A stretch of DNA of 64,000 bases from Candidatus Eiseniibacteriota bacterium (GCA_044223005.1 JBGAML010000001.1:96001-160000); one strand, 5' to 3'. Shown: positions 18,099-27,968, counted from the first letter of the stretch. Made by a program: numbers and translations. The notes: generated from the letters alone by a model not told the origin.

Positions 18099-20890
18099 TG
18101 ACCGCCGCCGGCCTGCTCGAGCGCATCGAGTCGCTGCGCCGGTCGGAACCCGCCCGGGCGCTCGCCGAACTCGAAGCGGGATTCGGCGCCGCCACGCGCG
18201 CCGCCGATCCCGCCGAACGCGGCGCCCTGTGGCGCACACGCGCGCACGTGCTGCGGGCGCTGACGCGGACGCGGGAGGCCGCGACCTGCTATCGCCGCGC
18301 GGCCGCGTGGTACGGCCGGGCGCGCGATGCTCGCGAGCAGGGCCGCTGCGACATCGGGCTCGTCGACGCGCTCATGTACCTCGGCCGCTACGGCGAGGCG
18401 CGCCGCGCCGCGGCCCACGGCCGGCGGCTGCTCGCGCGCGCCGGCGACCGGCCGGCGCTCGCGCGGCTGCTCAACAACGAAGGCAATCTCTGGCACCGGC
18501 TCGACCTGCCCCAGCGCGCGCTCGAATGCTACCGCGACGCGGTGCGCGCACTGGAGAAGGCCGGTGACGCGCGCAGCGCGCGCATGATCGGCACCAACGT
18601 CGGCAACTGCCTCTCGCTGCTCGGCCGCTGCGACGAAGCGCGCGCGCACTACCGCGCCGCGCGTCGCGCGCACGCCGCCGCGGGCGCCGAATCCGAAGCG
18701 CTGAACGCGGCCTACAACCTCGCCTACCTCGACTTCCTCGAGCATCGCGACGAAGCGGCGCTCGCCGGGCTCGCGGGCGTGCGTGAGGACGCGCTGGCCC
18801 GCGGCATCCCGTCGCTCGCGGCACTGGCTCGGCTCGACCGCGCCGAGATCTTCCTGCGCATGGGCGCGCACGAGGAGGCGCTCGAAGAGGCTTCGGCGGC
18901 GATCGAGGCGTGCGCGGCGATCGGCCTGCGCTACGAAGAAGGCAAGGCGGAGCTGTTCCGCGCGCTCGCGCGCTTCCGGCTGGGCGCGCCGGCCGCCGCA
19001 CGGCGCGGGATCGAGCTCGCGCTCGAGCGCTTCGACGCGGAAGGCAACCGCGTCTGGACCGGCGAAGCGCTGCTCGGGCTCGCCACGGTGTGGTGGAAGG
19101 ACGGCAACCCGCTCGCGGCGGCGGCACTGCTCGCGGCGGCACGGCGGCGGTTCGCCGAAGCGGGCGATCGCGAACGCCTCGCGTGCGCCGCGATGCTCGA
19201 ATCGCGCGCGCGTCTCGCGTCCGGCGACGCGCGCGGTGCCGCGCGCTGCCTGCGGCTCGCGCCGGCGGACGGCGGCTCGTCGCGACTGCGTCACCTGCGG
19301 CTCGCGGCGAGCGCGGCGCTGGCCCGGCACGCGGGCGACGTCGCGCGCGCGCGCCGGCTGCTCGGGCGCGCGGCCGACACGGCCGAGCGTCTCGCGGCGC
19401 GCATCCTCGACGAACAGTGGCGCGCGTCGTTCTGGGGCGAGTGGGGCTGGCCGCACCGCGAGCGCGCGGCGCTCGAACTGGCCGAGGGCCGCTTCGAGGC
19501 CGCGTTCGACGCGCTGGAGGCCGGGCGCGGGCGCGCGCTCGTCGGCCGCGCCACGCGCCGCTCCGCACGCGGCGCCGCGCTGCCGGCGTCGGTGCGCCGC
19601 TGGGCGGCCACGCGCCAGGCGCGCGAGCGCGTGCGCCGGGCGGGCGAGACCGTGGCCGGCGCGGCGCCGGGAGCCGACGAGCGCGAACCGCGCGAAGCCC
19701 TGGAGACGCGGGCGCCGCGGGCGGTCCGCGCCGCGCAGCTCCGCCGCACGCTGCCTCCGCGCGCACTGCTGCTCGACTATCTCGTGCACGACGGCGTGCT
19801 GGGCGCGCTGGCGGTGGCGCGCGAGGGCCTCGACGGCCGCGCGGCGCTCGTCTCCGAGGCGCAGCTCTCGCAGATGGTGCACGCGCTGCTCTTCGCACTC
19901 CGCGGCGCGGCGTACGTTCCCACCGATCGCCGCAACGACGACCCCGGTCTCGATCGCGCGCTCGCCGAGCTCGCCGGCCTCGTGCTCTGGCCGCTGCTCG
20001 CCGGACGCGAACCCGGTGCGCTCGCGATCGCACCGGCCGGTCCCCTCGCGCGGGTCCCGTGGGCGGCGCTGCCGATGCCCGACGGACGCACGTTGTGCGA
20101 GACGTGCTCCACCGTCGTGGTGCCGGGCCTCCGGCTCGGCCTCGCGCAGCGCGCGCCCTCGCGACCCGCCGCACCGCACCCGCTCGTGATCGCCGCCGAC
20201 GCGGGCGAGCTCGCCGCGGTGGGCCCCGAGACCGACGCGGTGCTCGCGGCGTTCCCGGGCGCGCGCCTGCTCGCGGGCGCCGACGCGACCGCCGAGCGCT
20301 TCCGCGCGCTGGCGCCCGACGCGCCGTGGATCCATTTTGCCGGCCACGGCGGCTGGCGCGCCGACGCGCCGCACGAGTCGGGCCTGCGCCTGTACGATCG
20401 CTGGCTGCTGGCCGGCGAGCTCGCCGACCTCCGGCTGCGCGCGAACTGGGTCACGCTCTCGGCGTGCCACACGGCGCGCGCGCTGGTGCATCCGGGCGAA
20501 GAATGGTTCGGGCTCGCCCGGTCGTTCCTGCTCGCCGGGGCCGGCGCGGTCGTGGCGGCCCAGTGGGACGTGGAGGATGCGCCCACGAGCGAGCTGATGG
20601 CCGGGCTCTATCGCCGGCTCGCCGACGGCACGCCGCTCGCCGGCGCGCTGGCCGCAGCGCAAGCGGCCCGGCGCGCGGCTGGAGCGCACCCGCTCGACTG
20701 GGCGGGGTTCGTGGCCCTCGGTGGCCCGGCGCTCCTGGGCCGAAGTGGCCCCGACGCTGGGGGAAATGACGGCGCCGGCAGGCGTTTCGCTCGGAACCGC
20801 GCGGTCGTGAAGCGTCATCGCGAGGAGGAACGCTCATCGCGGGCGTTCGACAAAAAACGTGAGAAGGTCTTCGCCGATAGGCTAGACTGA
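18098..20890 (+). CDS. TPR-CHAT (caspase-like) protease
   Basis: TGATG overlap with the upstream gene. N-terminal TPR-like helices (LLNNEGNL, TNVGNCL, YNLAYL). Catalytic HFAGHG and LSAC motifs, plus HPLDWAGF. Confidence 0.9.
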   Translation: MTAAGLLERIESLRRSEPARALAELEAGFGAATRAADPAERGALWRTRAHVLRALTRTREAATCYRRAAAWYGRARDAREQGRCDIGLVDALMYLGRYGEARRAAAHGRRLLARAGDRPALARLLNNEGNLWHRLDLPQRALECYRDAVRALEKAGDARSARMIGTNVGNCLSLLGRCDEARAHYRAARRAHAAAGAESEALNAAYNLAYLDFLEHRDEAALAGLAGVREDALARGIPSLAALARLDRAEIFLRMGAHEEALEEASAAIEACAAIGLRYEEGKAELFRALARFRLGAPAAARRGIELALERFDAEGNRVWTGEALLGLATVWWKDGNPLAAAALLAAARRRFAEAGDRERLACAAMLESRARLASGDARGAARCLRLAPADGGSSRLRHLRLAASAALARHAGDVARARRLLGRAADTAERLAARILDEQWRASFWGEWGWPHRERAALELAEGRFEAAFDALEAGRGRALVGRATRRSARGAALPASVRRWAATRQARERVRRAGETVAGAAPGADEREPREALETRAPRAVRAAQLRRTLPPRALLLDYLVHDGVLGALAVAREGLDGRAALVSEAQLSQMVHALLFALRGAAYVPTDRRNDDPGLDRALAELAGLVLWPLLAGREPGALAIAPAGPLARVPWAALPMPDGRTLCETCSTVVVPGLRLGLAQRAPSRPAAPHPLVIAADAGELAAVGPETDAVLAAFPGARLLAGADATAERFRALAPDAPWIHFAGHGGWRADAPHESGLRLYDRWLLAGELADLRLRANWVTLSACHTARALVHPGEEWFGLARSFLLAGAGAVVAAQWDVEDAPTSELMAGLYRRLADGTPLAGALAAAQAARRAAGAHPLDWAGFVALGGPALLGRSGPDAGGNDGAGRRFARNRAVVKRHREEERSSRAFDKKREKVFADRLD

Positions 20891-20913
20891 ACGGCCTTCG
20901 GAGGAACTCGGCC

Positions 20914-22236
20914 ATGAGAGCCCGTCCCGCCCACATCTCGATATCGCTCCTCGCCCTGGCGGCCATCGCCTCGCTCGCGGTTTCGTGCGCGCGAGACCTC
21001 CCGACGGCGGCGCCCCGCAGCGTCGAAACGCGTGCGGGAGCCCGTCACCTGACCGGCCAGGACATCTCGCAGGAAATCGTCGTCACGCTGGCGCCGGGGG
21101 CCCACGCCGTCGACGTCGCTTCGACTTACGGCGCCGTGCTGCTGCTCGCGGACGACCAGCGCCGCGTCGCGGTCCTCCACGCGGGCCCCGCCGACGATGC
21201 GACCGATCTGCGCACCCGGCTCGCTTCCGACCCGCGGATCACGACGACCGAGTCGAACCGCTACCTGCAGCCGGCGGAATCGCGCCAGAAGAGTTTCGCG
21301 TTCGACGACGGTCTCGGCACGCCGCAGACGTACAACGCGCAGCCGGCCGCGGAATCCATGCACCTGGGTGCGGCGCACCTGACGAGCCTCGGCGACGGCG
21401 TCCGGGTCGCGATCCTCGACACGGGCATCGACGCCACGCACCCGTACCTCGCCGGCCGCGTGGTCGCCCAGCACGATTTCATCGATGACGACGCCGATGC
21501 GTCCGAGCACCCGCTCGGGCTCGACACCAACGGTGATGGCGAGATCGACGAAGCGTTCGGTCACGGCACGCACATTGCGGGCATCGTCGGCCTCACGGCT
21601 CCCGCGGCCCAGCTGGTCGTCGGCCGCGTGCTCGATTCGGACGGCATCGGCGACGTGGTCACGGTCGCCCAGGGCATCCGCTGGGCCGTCTCGCAGGGCG
21701 CGCAGGTCATCAACCTGAGCCTCGGGGCGCTCGAAGAGAGCGATGCGATCGAGGACGCGATCGAGGATGCGCAGCAGGCCGGCGTCGTCGTCGTGGCGGC
21801 GGTCGGCAACTGGGGTTCCGAAACGCCGCGCGAGTTCCCGGCCAGCATGCCGGGCGTGGCCGCGATCGCCGCGTGCGATGCCTACGGCGTCCCGGCCGAA
21901 TGGACGTCGTACGAGCCGTACGTGGCCCTGAGCGCGCCGGGCGTGGCGATCCGCAGCACCTACCCCGGCGGCGGCTACCGCCTCTGGAGCGGCACGTCGA
22001 TGTCGGTGCCCTTCGTCGCGGGCACGGCAGCGCTCCTGCGGCAGGTCCACCCCGACTGGTCGGCGTGGCAGGTCATGATCCGCATCCGCGGCTCCGTGGC
22101 GCCGCTCCAGTACGTGCCGGCCACTGCCGTCGGCAAGCTCGGTTCGGGCATGCTCGACGTGGGCGCCGCGCTGGCTCCGGACGCGGTCGCCAACGAGGAC
22201 GACGGCGGCGGCGACGTGACGCCCGTGCGCCACTGA
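20914..22236 (+). CDS. S8 subtilisin-family serine protease, lipoprotein
   Basis: Lipobox LAVSC. Catalytic triad motifs ILDTG, GHGTHIAG and SGTSMS. Confidence 0.92.
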   Translation: MRARPAHISISLLALAAIASLAVSCARDLPTAAPRSVETRAGARHLTGQDISQEIVVTLAPGAHAVDVASTYGAVLLLADDQRRVAVLHAGPADDATDLRTRLASDPRITTTESNRYLQPAESRQKSFAFDDGLGTPQTYNAQPAAESMHLGAAHLTSLGDGVRVAILDTGIDATHPYLAGRVVAQHDFIDDDADASEHPLGLDTNGDGEIDEAFGHGTHIAGIVGLTAPAAQLVVGRVLDSDGIGDVVTVAQGIRWAVSQGAQVINLSLGALEESDAIEDAIEDAQQAGVVVVAAVGNWGSETPREFPASMPGVAAIAACDAYGVPAEWTSYEPYVALSAPGVAIRSTYPGGGYRLWSGTSMSVPFVAGTAALLRQVHPDWSAWQVMIRIRGSVAPLQYVPATAVGKLGSGMLDVGAALAPDAVANEDDGGGDVTPVRH

Positions 22237-22250
22237 CGATCACGACGACC

Positions 22251-22290
22251 CGAACGGGCCCGCGGATCCTGCGATCCGCGGGCCCGTTCG
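22251..22290 (+). terminator. 18-bp perfect hairpin after the S8 gene
   Basis: CGAACGGGCCCGCGGATC-ctgc-GATCCGCGGGCCCGTTCG. Confidence 0.75.
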
Positions 22291-22368
22291 CTTGGGTGCG
22301 ATCGGAGGCTCGCACTATGCTGCGGCCGCGCAACCCTCATCCCCACCACCCGCCCGGCGAGGAACGGC

Positions 22369-23319
22369 ATGAACACGAACCCGATCGCATCCCGTCAGCG
22401 CCGGCGCCGCCTCGCGGGCGCGGCTGCACTCCTGCTTGCGGTCGCGGCCGGCTGCTCGCGGCGCGAAGCGAGCGCCCCGGCGTCGGCGACGATGGCCATC
22501 GAAGCCCCCGCACCGTCGCGCGCCGCTGCGCCGTCGGGTGTCGCCGACGAGGCCGTCGCCGCTGGTGATCCGGGCGCCCCGGGCCCCGCGGCCGTCCGGC
22601 GGCAGCTCGTGCGCAACGCGTCTCTGGACCTCGTCGTCGCGGACGTGGATTCCGCCGCCGCGCGGATCGAGACCATCGCAGTCGCCGAAGGCGGCTGGCT
22701 CGCCGACGAGAACGGCCGGCGCGTCGACGGCTTCCCGAGCCGGTCGATGACGCTGCGCGTGCCCGCGGCCCGGCTCGATCCGTTCCTCGCCCGCGTGAAG
22801 GCGCTCGCGCAGCGGGTCGAGGGCCAGTCGATCACGACCGAGGACGTGACCGACCAGGCGGTGGACCTCGAGGCCCGCCTGCGCACGCTGCGCGCGACCG
22901 AGGAGGAGCTGCTCGGGCTCCTTCGCGAGACACGCGCGCGCGGCGGCAAGGCCGAGGACGTGATGGCGGTCTACCGCGAACTCACCGGCATCCGCACGCA
23001 GGTCGAACAGCTCGACGCCCAGCGGCGCACGCTCGCCGGCCAGGTCGCGATGTCCGCCGTGACGGTGTCGCTCACCGCGGACGCGGCGACGCGGCCGATC
23101 GCCGGCGCGCCATGGAGCCCGGGCCGCACGGTGCGCAACAGCCTCCGCACCCTGCTCGGCGGCCTGCGCGGCCTCGGGGACGCGGCCATCTTCGCGGTCG
23201 TCGTGCTGCTGCCGCTGGGGCTGCTGCTCGCGTTCGCGGCGTGGCTCGTGGCGCGCGTGCTGCGCGCGACGCTCGGCCGGCTGTTCCGCAAGCCCGGCGA
23301 CGCGGGTCCGCGGAGCTGA
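22369..23319 (+). CDS. DUF4349-family lipoprotein
   Basis: Lipobox AAGC. TLRVPA and EDVTDQAVDLEARL motifs. C-terminal TM. Confidence 0.85.
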   Translation: MNTNPIASRQRRRRLAGAAALLLAVAAGCSRREASAPASATMAIEAPAPSRAAAPSGVADEAVAAGDPGAPGPAAVRRQLVRNASLDLVVADVDSAAARIETIAVAEGGWLADENGRRVDGFPSRSMTLRVPAARLDPFLARVKALAQRVEGQSITTEDVTDQAVDLEARLRTLRATEEELLGLLRETRARGGKAEDVMAVYRELTGIRTQVEQLDAQRRTLAGQVAMSAVTVSLTADAATRPIAGAPWSPGRTVRNSLRTLLGGLRGLGDAAIFAVVVLLPLGLLLAFAAWLVARVLRATLGRLFRKPGDAGPRS

Positions 23320-23337
23320 CCCTCGCCCGAAACGCCG

Positions 23338-23366
23338 GCGCGGCCCGGAGTTGTTCCGGGCCGCGC
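23338..23366. terminator. Hairpin between convergent genes
   Basis: GCGCGGCCCGGA-gttgt-TCCGGGCCGCGC. Confidence 0.6.
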
Positions 23367-23400
23367 GGCTCCGCGTGCGATCGGGGGCGTCGCCCGTCGG

Positions 23401-23979
23401 TCACCAACCGGCCTTCGCTTCGAGCGTGCCGTAGCGCGAGAAGTGGTAGAGCGGAGCCACCGTGTCCTTCGAGGTCACGTCCTGGTAGCCGCCCGTGATG
23501 TGCGTCCACGTGGCCAGGGTGGGATCCCAGTACGCGGGCAGCAGCGAGTCCGTCGTGTTGCAGCCGGTCGTCTTGGTGCGCAGCGTGAGCGGAACGCTGA
23601 AGCCGTTCAGGCTCGCCGGCGAGATCGTGAGATCGCACATCAGCTTGCTCTCGTCCGGCACCGACAGCGTGATCGTGCCGCTGCCGTACCACGCGCCCGG
23701 CGGGACCGTGAGCGTGAAGCGGCCCACGCAGATCGACCCGCCCTTCGCGCCGTCGATCGCCACCGACTTGGACTTGGACGACAGCGGCGGATCGGAGACC
23801 GAGACGGGCTGCGCGGCCGTCGTGCCGCCGGTGAGCGTATTCGTGTTGACCCGTCCGGCGGTACCGCCGGTATCGACCTTCTTCGCCTGCGCCAGCCCGG
23901 TGCCGAGCGACACCGCCATGACGAGCGTACAGACGGTCATGAGCATGCGGAGCGGGTGCGTACTCTTCTCTCGGTTCAT
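23401..23979 (-). CDS. Secreted hypothetical protein (ZU5-like)
   Basis: Signal peptide ending AQA. IDGAKGGSI..LTVPPGA..FSVPLTL..LYHFSRY. Confidence 0.75.
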   Translation of the reverse strand: MNREKSTHPLRMLMTVCTLVMAVSLGTGLAQAKKVDTGGTAGRVNTNTLTGGTTAAQPVSVSDPPLSSKSKSVAIDGAKGGSICVGRFTLTVPPGAWYGSGTITLSVPDESKLMCDLTISPASLNGFSVPLTLRTKTTGCNTTDSLLPAYWDPTLATWTHITGGYQDVTSKDTVAPLYHFSRYGTLEAKAGW

Positions 23980-24039
23980 GTCGCGGCTCTTTCGGGTGAA
24001 GAGGGGACTTCCGTTCGCATCATCCGAAGAGAAGGCAAT

Positions 24040-24055
24040 CGCAGGACCCGTGCCG
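24040..24055 (-). promoter_or_regulatory. Sigma-54 promoter
   Basis: Minus strand CGGCACGGGTCCTGCG (GG-N10-GC), about 60 nt upstream of the start. Confidence 0.6.
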
Positions 24056-24309
24056 TGGGGAAATCCACCCCGGGCTCCGCGCGATCCCACCCGGCGCGCG
24101 CGAAATGCCCGTGGATCGCGGGGTTCGCGCGTGCGTCCGCGCGCGGGCGCGGGGTGCGATCCCCCGGACGGCGGGCCGCGGCGTCGCCGAATTGCGGCTC
24201 ACCCGCTCGCCCGCTGCGGAGTGCGTTCCGCGGTCGCTCGCCGAGGGCGGCCAGAGAGCGCGAGGCCGCCGTCGCGGCAGAGCCACCCTTCAAGGTAGAG
24301 TGCGCGCCC

Positions 24310-25167
24310 ATGTCGGCGAACAGCGACTTCCGGATGCCGGACCTGCGATTCGTGCCCGTGGACGACGTCTTCCCGCACGAACGCCACGACAACCAGCGCA
24401 CCCAGCCCCTCGTCGCGAAGCTGCGCGAGTCGGGCGTGCTTCGCAATCCGCCGATCGTCACCCAGGTCGGCGACGGCCACCGGGTCGAGCCGCGCTACGT
24501 GGTGCTGGACGGCGCCAACCGCTCCACCGCTGCGAAGGCCGCCGGCTGGCCGCACGTGGTCGCGCAGGTGGTGCGCTACGAGACGCCGACCGTGCACCTG
24601 CACACGTGGTACCACGCGCTCACGGCCGAGGCGCGCGGCGCCCTCGAGACCGGGCTCGCGGCGCTGCCCGGGCTCGAATGCCGGCACGAGACGCCGCTGC
24701 ACGCCCGCGCCATGCTCGCGCGCCGCGAGGCGCTCGCGGTCGCGATGCTGTCCGAAACCGAGGCGCTGGTGCTGCTCGGCGGCCGCAGCCTGCGCGATCG
24801 CAACGCGCTCCTCAACGCCGTCGTGCACGTCTACCAGGATCGCGTACCCTACATTCGCGTCGCCACGGACTCGCTCGCGCAGGCGCGCTTCGAGCATCCC
24901 GAGATCTCGGCGCTCGTCGTGTTTCCGCGCTACGATCCCGCCGAGGTGATCGAGCTCGCGGGATCGGGCGAGCACCTGCCCGCCGGCATCACGCGGCACG
25001 TGATCCAGTGGCGCGCGCTGCGGCTCGACGTCCCCGTGGCCCTCTGCGAGGACCGGACGCGCACGCTGGACGAGAAGAACGCATGGCTGCGAACATGGCT
25101 CGAGCAGCGGCTCACGCAGCGCCGGGTGCGCTTCTACGAGGAATCCACCGTCATGTTCGACGAGTGA
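24310..25167 (+). CDS. ParB/Srx-fold SbnI/SerK-like serine kinase
   Basis: PHE..LRNPPIV..YVVLDGANR. The C-terminal PAGITRH..RALRLDVP..RFYEE resembles SbnI. Confidence 0.65.
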   Translation: MSANSDFRMPDLRFVPVDDVFPHERHDNQRTQPLVAKLRESGVLRNPPIVTQVGDGHRVEPRYVVLDGANRSTAAKAAGWPHVVAQVVRYETPTVHLHTWYHALTAEARGALETGLAALPGLECRHETPLHARAMLARREALAVAMLSETEALVLLGGRSLRDRNALLNAVVHVYQDRVPYIRVATDSLAQARFEHPEISALVVFPRYDPAEVIELAGSGEHLPAGITRHVIQWRALRLDVPVALCEDRTRTLDEKNAWLRTWLEQRLTQRRVRFYEESTVMFDE

Positions 25168-25171
25168 CCCG

Positions 25172-26200
25172 ATGAAAGCCGTCGTGTTCGACCGCTTCGG
25201 CGGTCCCGAGGTGCTCGAGACCCGCGAGATCCCCGAGCCGGTGATGGGCCCGGACCAGGCGCTGGTCCGCGTGCGCGCCTGCGCGATCAACCACCTCGAC
25301 CTGTGGGTGCGCGGCGGGCTGCCCGGGCTCTCGCCCGTGATGCCGCACGTGCTCGGCAACGACGTCGTGGGAGAAGTGCTGGCCGTCGGCGAAGCCGTGA
25401 AGCACGTGCAGCCCGGGCAGAAGACGCTCGTGCTGCCGACGCTCTCGTGCGGCGCGTGCCCCGCGTGCATGAACGGCGACGACAACCTCTGCCGCCAGTA
25501 CGACGTGCTCGGTCGCGGCGCGCAGGGCGGCTACGCCGAACGGATCGTGGTGCCGGGCGTGAACTGCCTGCCCTACCCCGAACGGCTCGCGTGGGAGGAG
25601 GCGGCCGCGGTGCCGCTCGTCTTCCTCACCGCGTGGCACATGCTCGTCGGGCGCGCGCACCTGCGCGCGGGCGAGGACGTGCTCGTGATCGGCGCCGGCA
25701 GCGGCGTCGGGACCGCCGCGATCCAGGTCGCACGCCTGCTGGGCGCGCGCGTCATCGCCACCGCCGGCGCGCCGGAGCGGCTCGAGCGGGCGCGGGCGCT
25801 GGGCGCGCACGAGACGATCGACCATGCGCGCGAGGACGTCGCGGCGCGGGTGCGCGCGCTCACCGGCAAGAAGGGCGTCGAGGTCGTGTTCGAGCACGTG
25901 GGCGGCCGCATCTTCGAGGCGGGGGTCGCGGCGCTGGCGCGCAACGGCCGGCTCGTCACCTGCGGCGCCACCACCGGCGCGAAGGTCACGCTCGACGTGA
26001 ACCTGCTCTTCGGCCGTCACCTCGCGCTGCTCGGCTCGTGGATGGGGCGGCGTGCGGAGCTGGTCGAGGTCCTGAAGCACGTCGAGTCGGGCGCGCTGCG
26101 TCCCGTCGTCGACACGGTGCTGCCGCTCGCCGAGGCGCGCCGCGCCCACGAACGGATCGAGTCCCGCGCCCAGTTCGGGAAGGTGGTGCTGGTCCCGTGA
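25172..26200 (+). CDS. Zinc-binding alcohol dehydrogenase / quinone oxidoreductase family
   Basis: CGACPAC..C structural Zn site, GAGSGVG, FGKVVL. Confidence 0.9.
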   Translation: MKAVVFDRFGGPEVLETREIPEPVMGPDQALVRVRACAINHLDLWVRGGLPGLSPVMPHVLGNDVVGEVLAVGEAVKHVQPGQKTLVLPTLSCGACPACMNGDDNLCRQYDVLGRGAQGGYAERIVVPGVNCLPYPERLAWEEAAAVPLVFLTAWHMLVGRAHLRAGEDVLVIGAGSGVGTAAIQVARLLGARVIATAGAPERLERARALGAHETIDHAREDVAARVRALTGKKGVEVVFEHVGGRIFEAGVAALARNGRLVTCGATTGAKVTLDVNLLFGRHLALLGSWMGRRAELVEVLKHVESGALRPVVDTVLPLAEARRAHERIESRAQFGKVVLVP

Positions 26201-26580
26201 GCCGCCGTCGCCGCCGCTGGCTGAACCTCGAGAACAAGCACGAACCCCTCGCCCCGGCGCACGTCTACCGGCGCCGGCTGCGCAACAGCGCCGCGAGCGC
26301 GCTGGCGCTGATCGCCGTCTCGCTGCTGATCGGCGTGGCCGGGTACCACTGGATCTGCGGCATCCCCTCGTGGGTCGACTGCCTCTACAACGCGTCCATG
26401 ATCCTCGGCGGCATGGGTCCGGTGGCCGAGATCGGCTCCGACGCGGGCAAGGTGTTCGCCTCGTTCTACGCGCTCTTCAGCGGCGTCGTGCTGCTCGCCA
26501 GCGTCGGCGTGACGATCGCGCCCGCCGTGCACCGCGTGCTGCACCAGTTCCACGTCGAGTGCGAGGACGATCCCTCGTGA
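26197..26580 (+). CDS. Small 2-TM membrane protein with a potassium-channel-like fold
   Basis: TM - LYNASMILGGMGP pore-like helix - TM. GTGA overlaps on both sides. Confidence 0.65.
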   Translation: MSRRRRRWLNLENKHEPLAPAHVYRRRLRNSAASALALIAVSLLIGVAGYHWICGIPSWVDCLYNASMILGGMGPVAEIGSDAGKVFASFYALFSGVVLLASVGVTIAPAVHRVLHQFHVECEDDPS

Positions 26581-27968
26581 GCGTTCCCCCGCCCGCGGCC
26601 GGCCGGTCCTGGTTCGACGCGGCGGACGCGCCCACGCGGCGCGAGCTCGACACCTGCATCCACTGCGGCCTCTGCCTCACGGCGTGCCCCACCTACCGCA
26701 CGCTGAAGATCGAGCCCGACTCGCCGCGCGGACGGCTGTGGCTCATGCGCGGGCTCGCGGAGGGCGCGATCGAGCCCGACGACGCGCTCGTCGGTCACCT
26801 CGACCGCTGCCTCGACTGCCGCGCGTGCGAAACCGTCTGCCCCGCGGGCGTACCGTACGGCCGCATGCTCGAGGCGACGCGCGGCCAGGTGGAGCGCCGC
26901 GTGCGCCGGGGCTCGCCGCTGCGCGCGTTCGCGGGCTGGGTGCTCGCCGAGGTGCTGCCACACCGCGAGCGTGTGCACCTCGCGGCCGACCTCCTGCGGC
27001 TCGGGCAGGTGGGCCCGCTCGGGCGCTGGCTCGCCGGCGACGGCGCGGGGCTGCTGCCCGCGTTCGCGCGCCGCGGGTTCGCGACCACGCCCCCGATCGC
27101 GCCGCGCGGCGAACGCGCGCTCGCCGCGGTCGCGGCGCGGCTGCCCGCCGGCGCGACGATGCGCGAGACGCCGGACGGCGTCGTGTTCGCGCCCGCCGGG
27201 ATCCCGAAGGCGCGCGTGGCGCTGCACGAGACGTGCGTCATGGAGGCGATGTTCCCGCACACGCACCGCGAGACCGTGCGGCTGCTCGTGCTCGCGGGGC
27301 TCGAGGTGACCGCACCGCGCGCCGGCACGTGCTGCGGCGCGCTGCACGCGCACGCCGGGCGCCCCGAGGAAGCGAAATCGCTCGCGCGCCGCAACGTGCA
27401 CGCGTTCGGCGCGGAGTTCGAGTTCGTGGTGTCGCACTCGGCGGGCTGCGGCGCGGCCCTCCGCGAGGCGGGCCACCGGCTGGAGCACGACCCGGAGGCG
27501 GAGGCGTTCGCCGCGCGCGTGCGCGACGTGTCGGAAGTGCTCGAGCAGTTCGGGCTGCCGCCCGCGCACCGCCCGCTCGCGGCGCCGGGGGGCGCGCGGC
27601 CGCTGCGCGTGGCGATGCACGATCCCTGTCACCTCGCGCACGCGCAGAAGGTGCGCGAGGCTCCGCGGCGGCTGGTGCGCGCGCTGCCCGGCGTCGAGCT
27701 CGTGAACCTGCCCGAGAGCGACTGGTGCTGCGGCAGCGCCGGCGTCTACAACCTCGTCCAGCCCGAGCTGGCCGACGCGCAGCTCGCCGGCAAGCTCGAC
27801 CGCGTCGCCGCGGTGGCGCCGGACGTGGTGATCGCGTCGAACCCCGGCTGCCTGCTCCACATGCAGCGCGGCGCCCGCGAGCGCGGGATGCACGTGCGCT
27901 TCCTGCACCTCGCGGACCTGCTCGGCGAAGCGTACCCGCCGCCCGCGCGCCGCGCGCACGGCGCGTGA
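26577..27968 (+). CDS. glcF: Glycolate oxidase Fe-S subunit GlcF
   Basis: CIHCGLCLTACP, CLDCRACETVCP, two CCG domains, HDPCHL. Confidence 0.88.
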   Translation: MSVPPPAAGRSWFDAADAPTRRELDTCIHCGLCLTACPTYRTLKIEPDSPRGRLWLMRGLAEGAIEPDDALVGHLDRCLDCRACETVCPAGVPYGRMLEATRGQVERRVRRGSPLRAFAGWVLAEVLPHRERVHLAADLLRLGQVGPLGRWLAGDGAGLLPAFARRGFATTPPIAPRGERALAAVAARLPAGATMRETPDGVVFAPAGIPKARVALHETCVMEAMFPHTHRETVRLLVLAGLEVTAPRAGTCCGALHAHAGRPEEAKSLARRNVHAFGAEFEFVVSHSAGCGAALREAGHRLEHDPEAEAFAARVRDVSEVLEQFGLPPAHRPLAAPGGARPLRVAMHDPCHLAHAQKVREAPRRLVRALPGVELVNLPESDWCCGSAGVYNLVQPELADAQLAGKLDRVAAVAPDVVIASNPGCLLHMQRGARERGMHVRFLHLADLLGEAYPPPARRAHGA

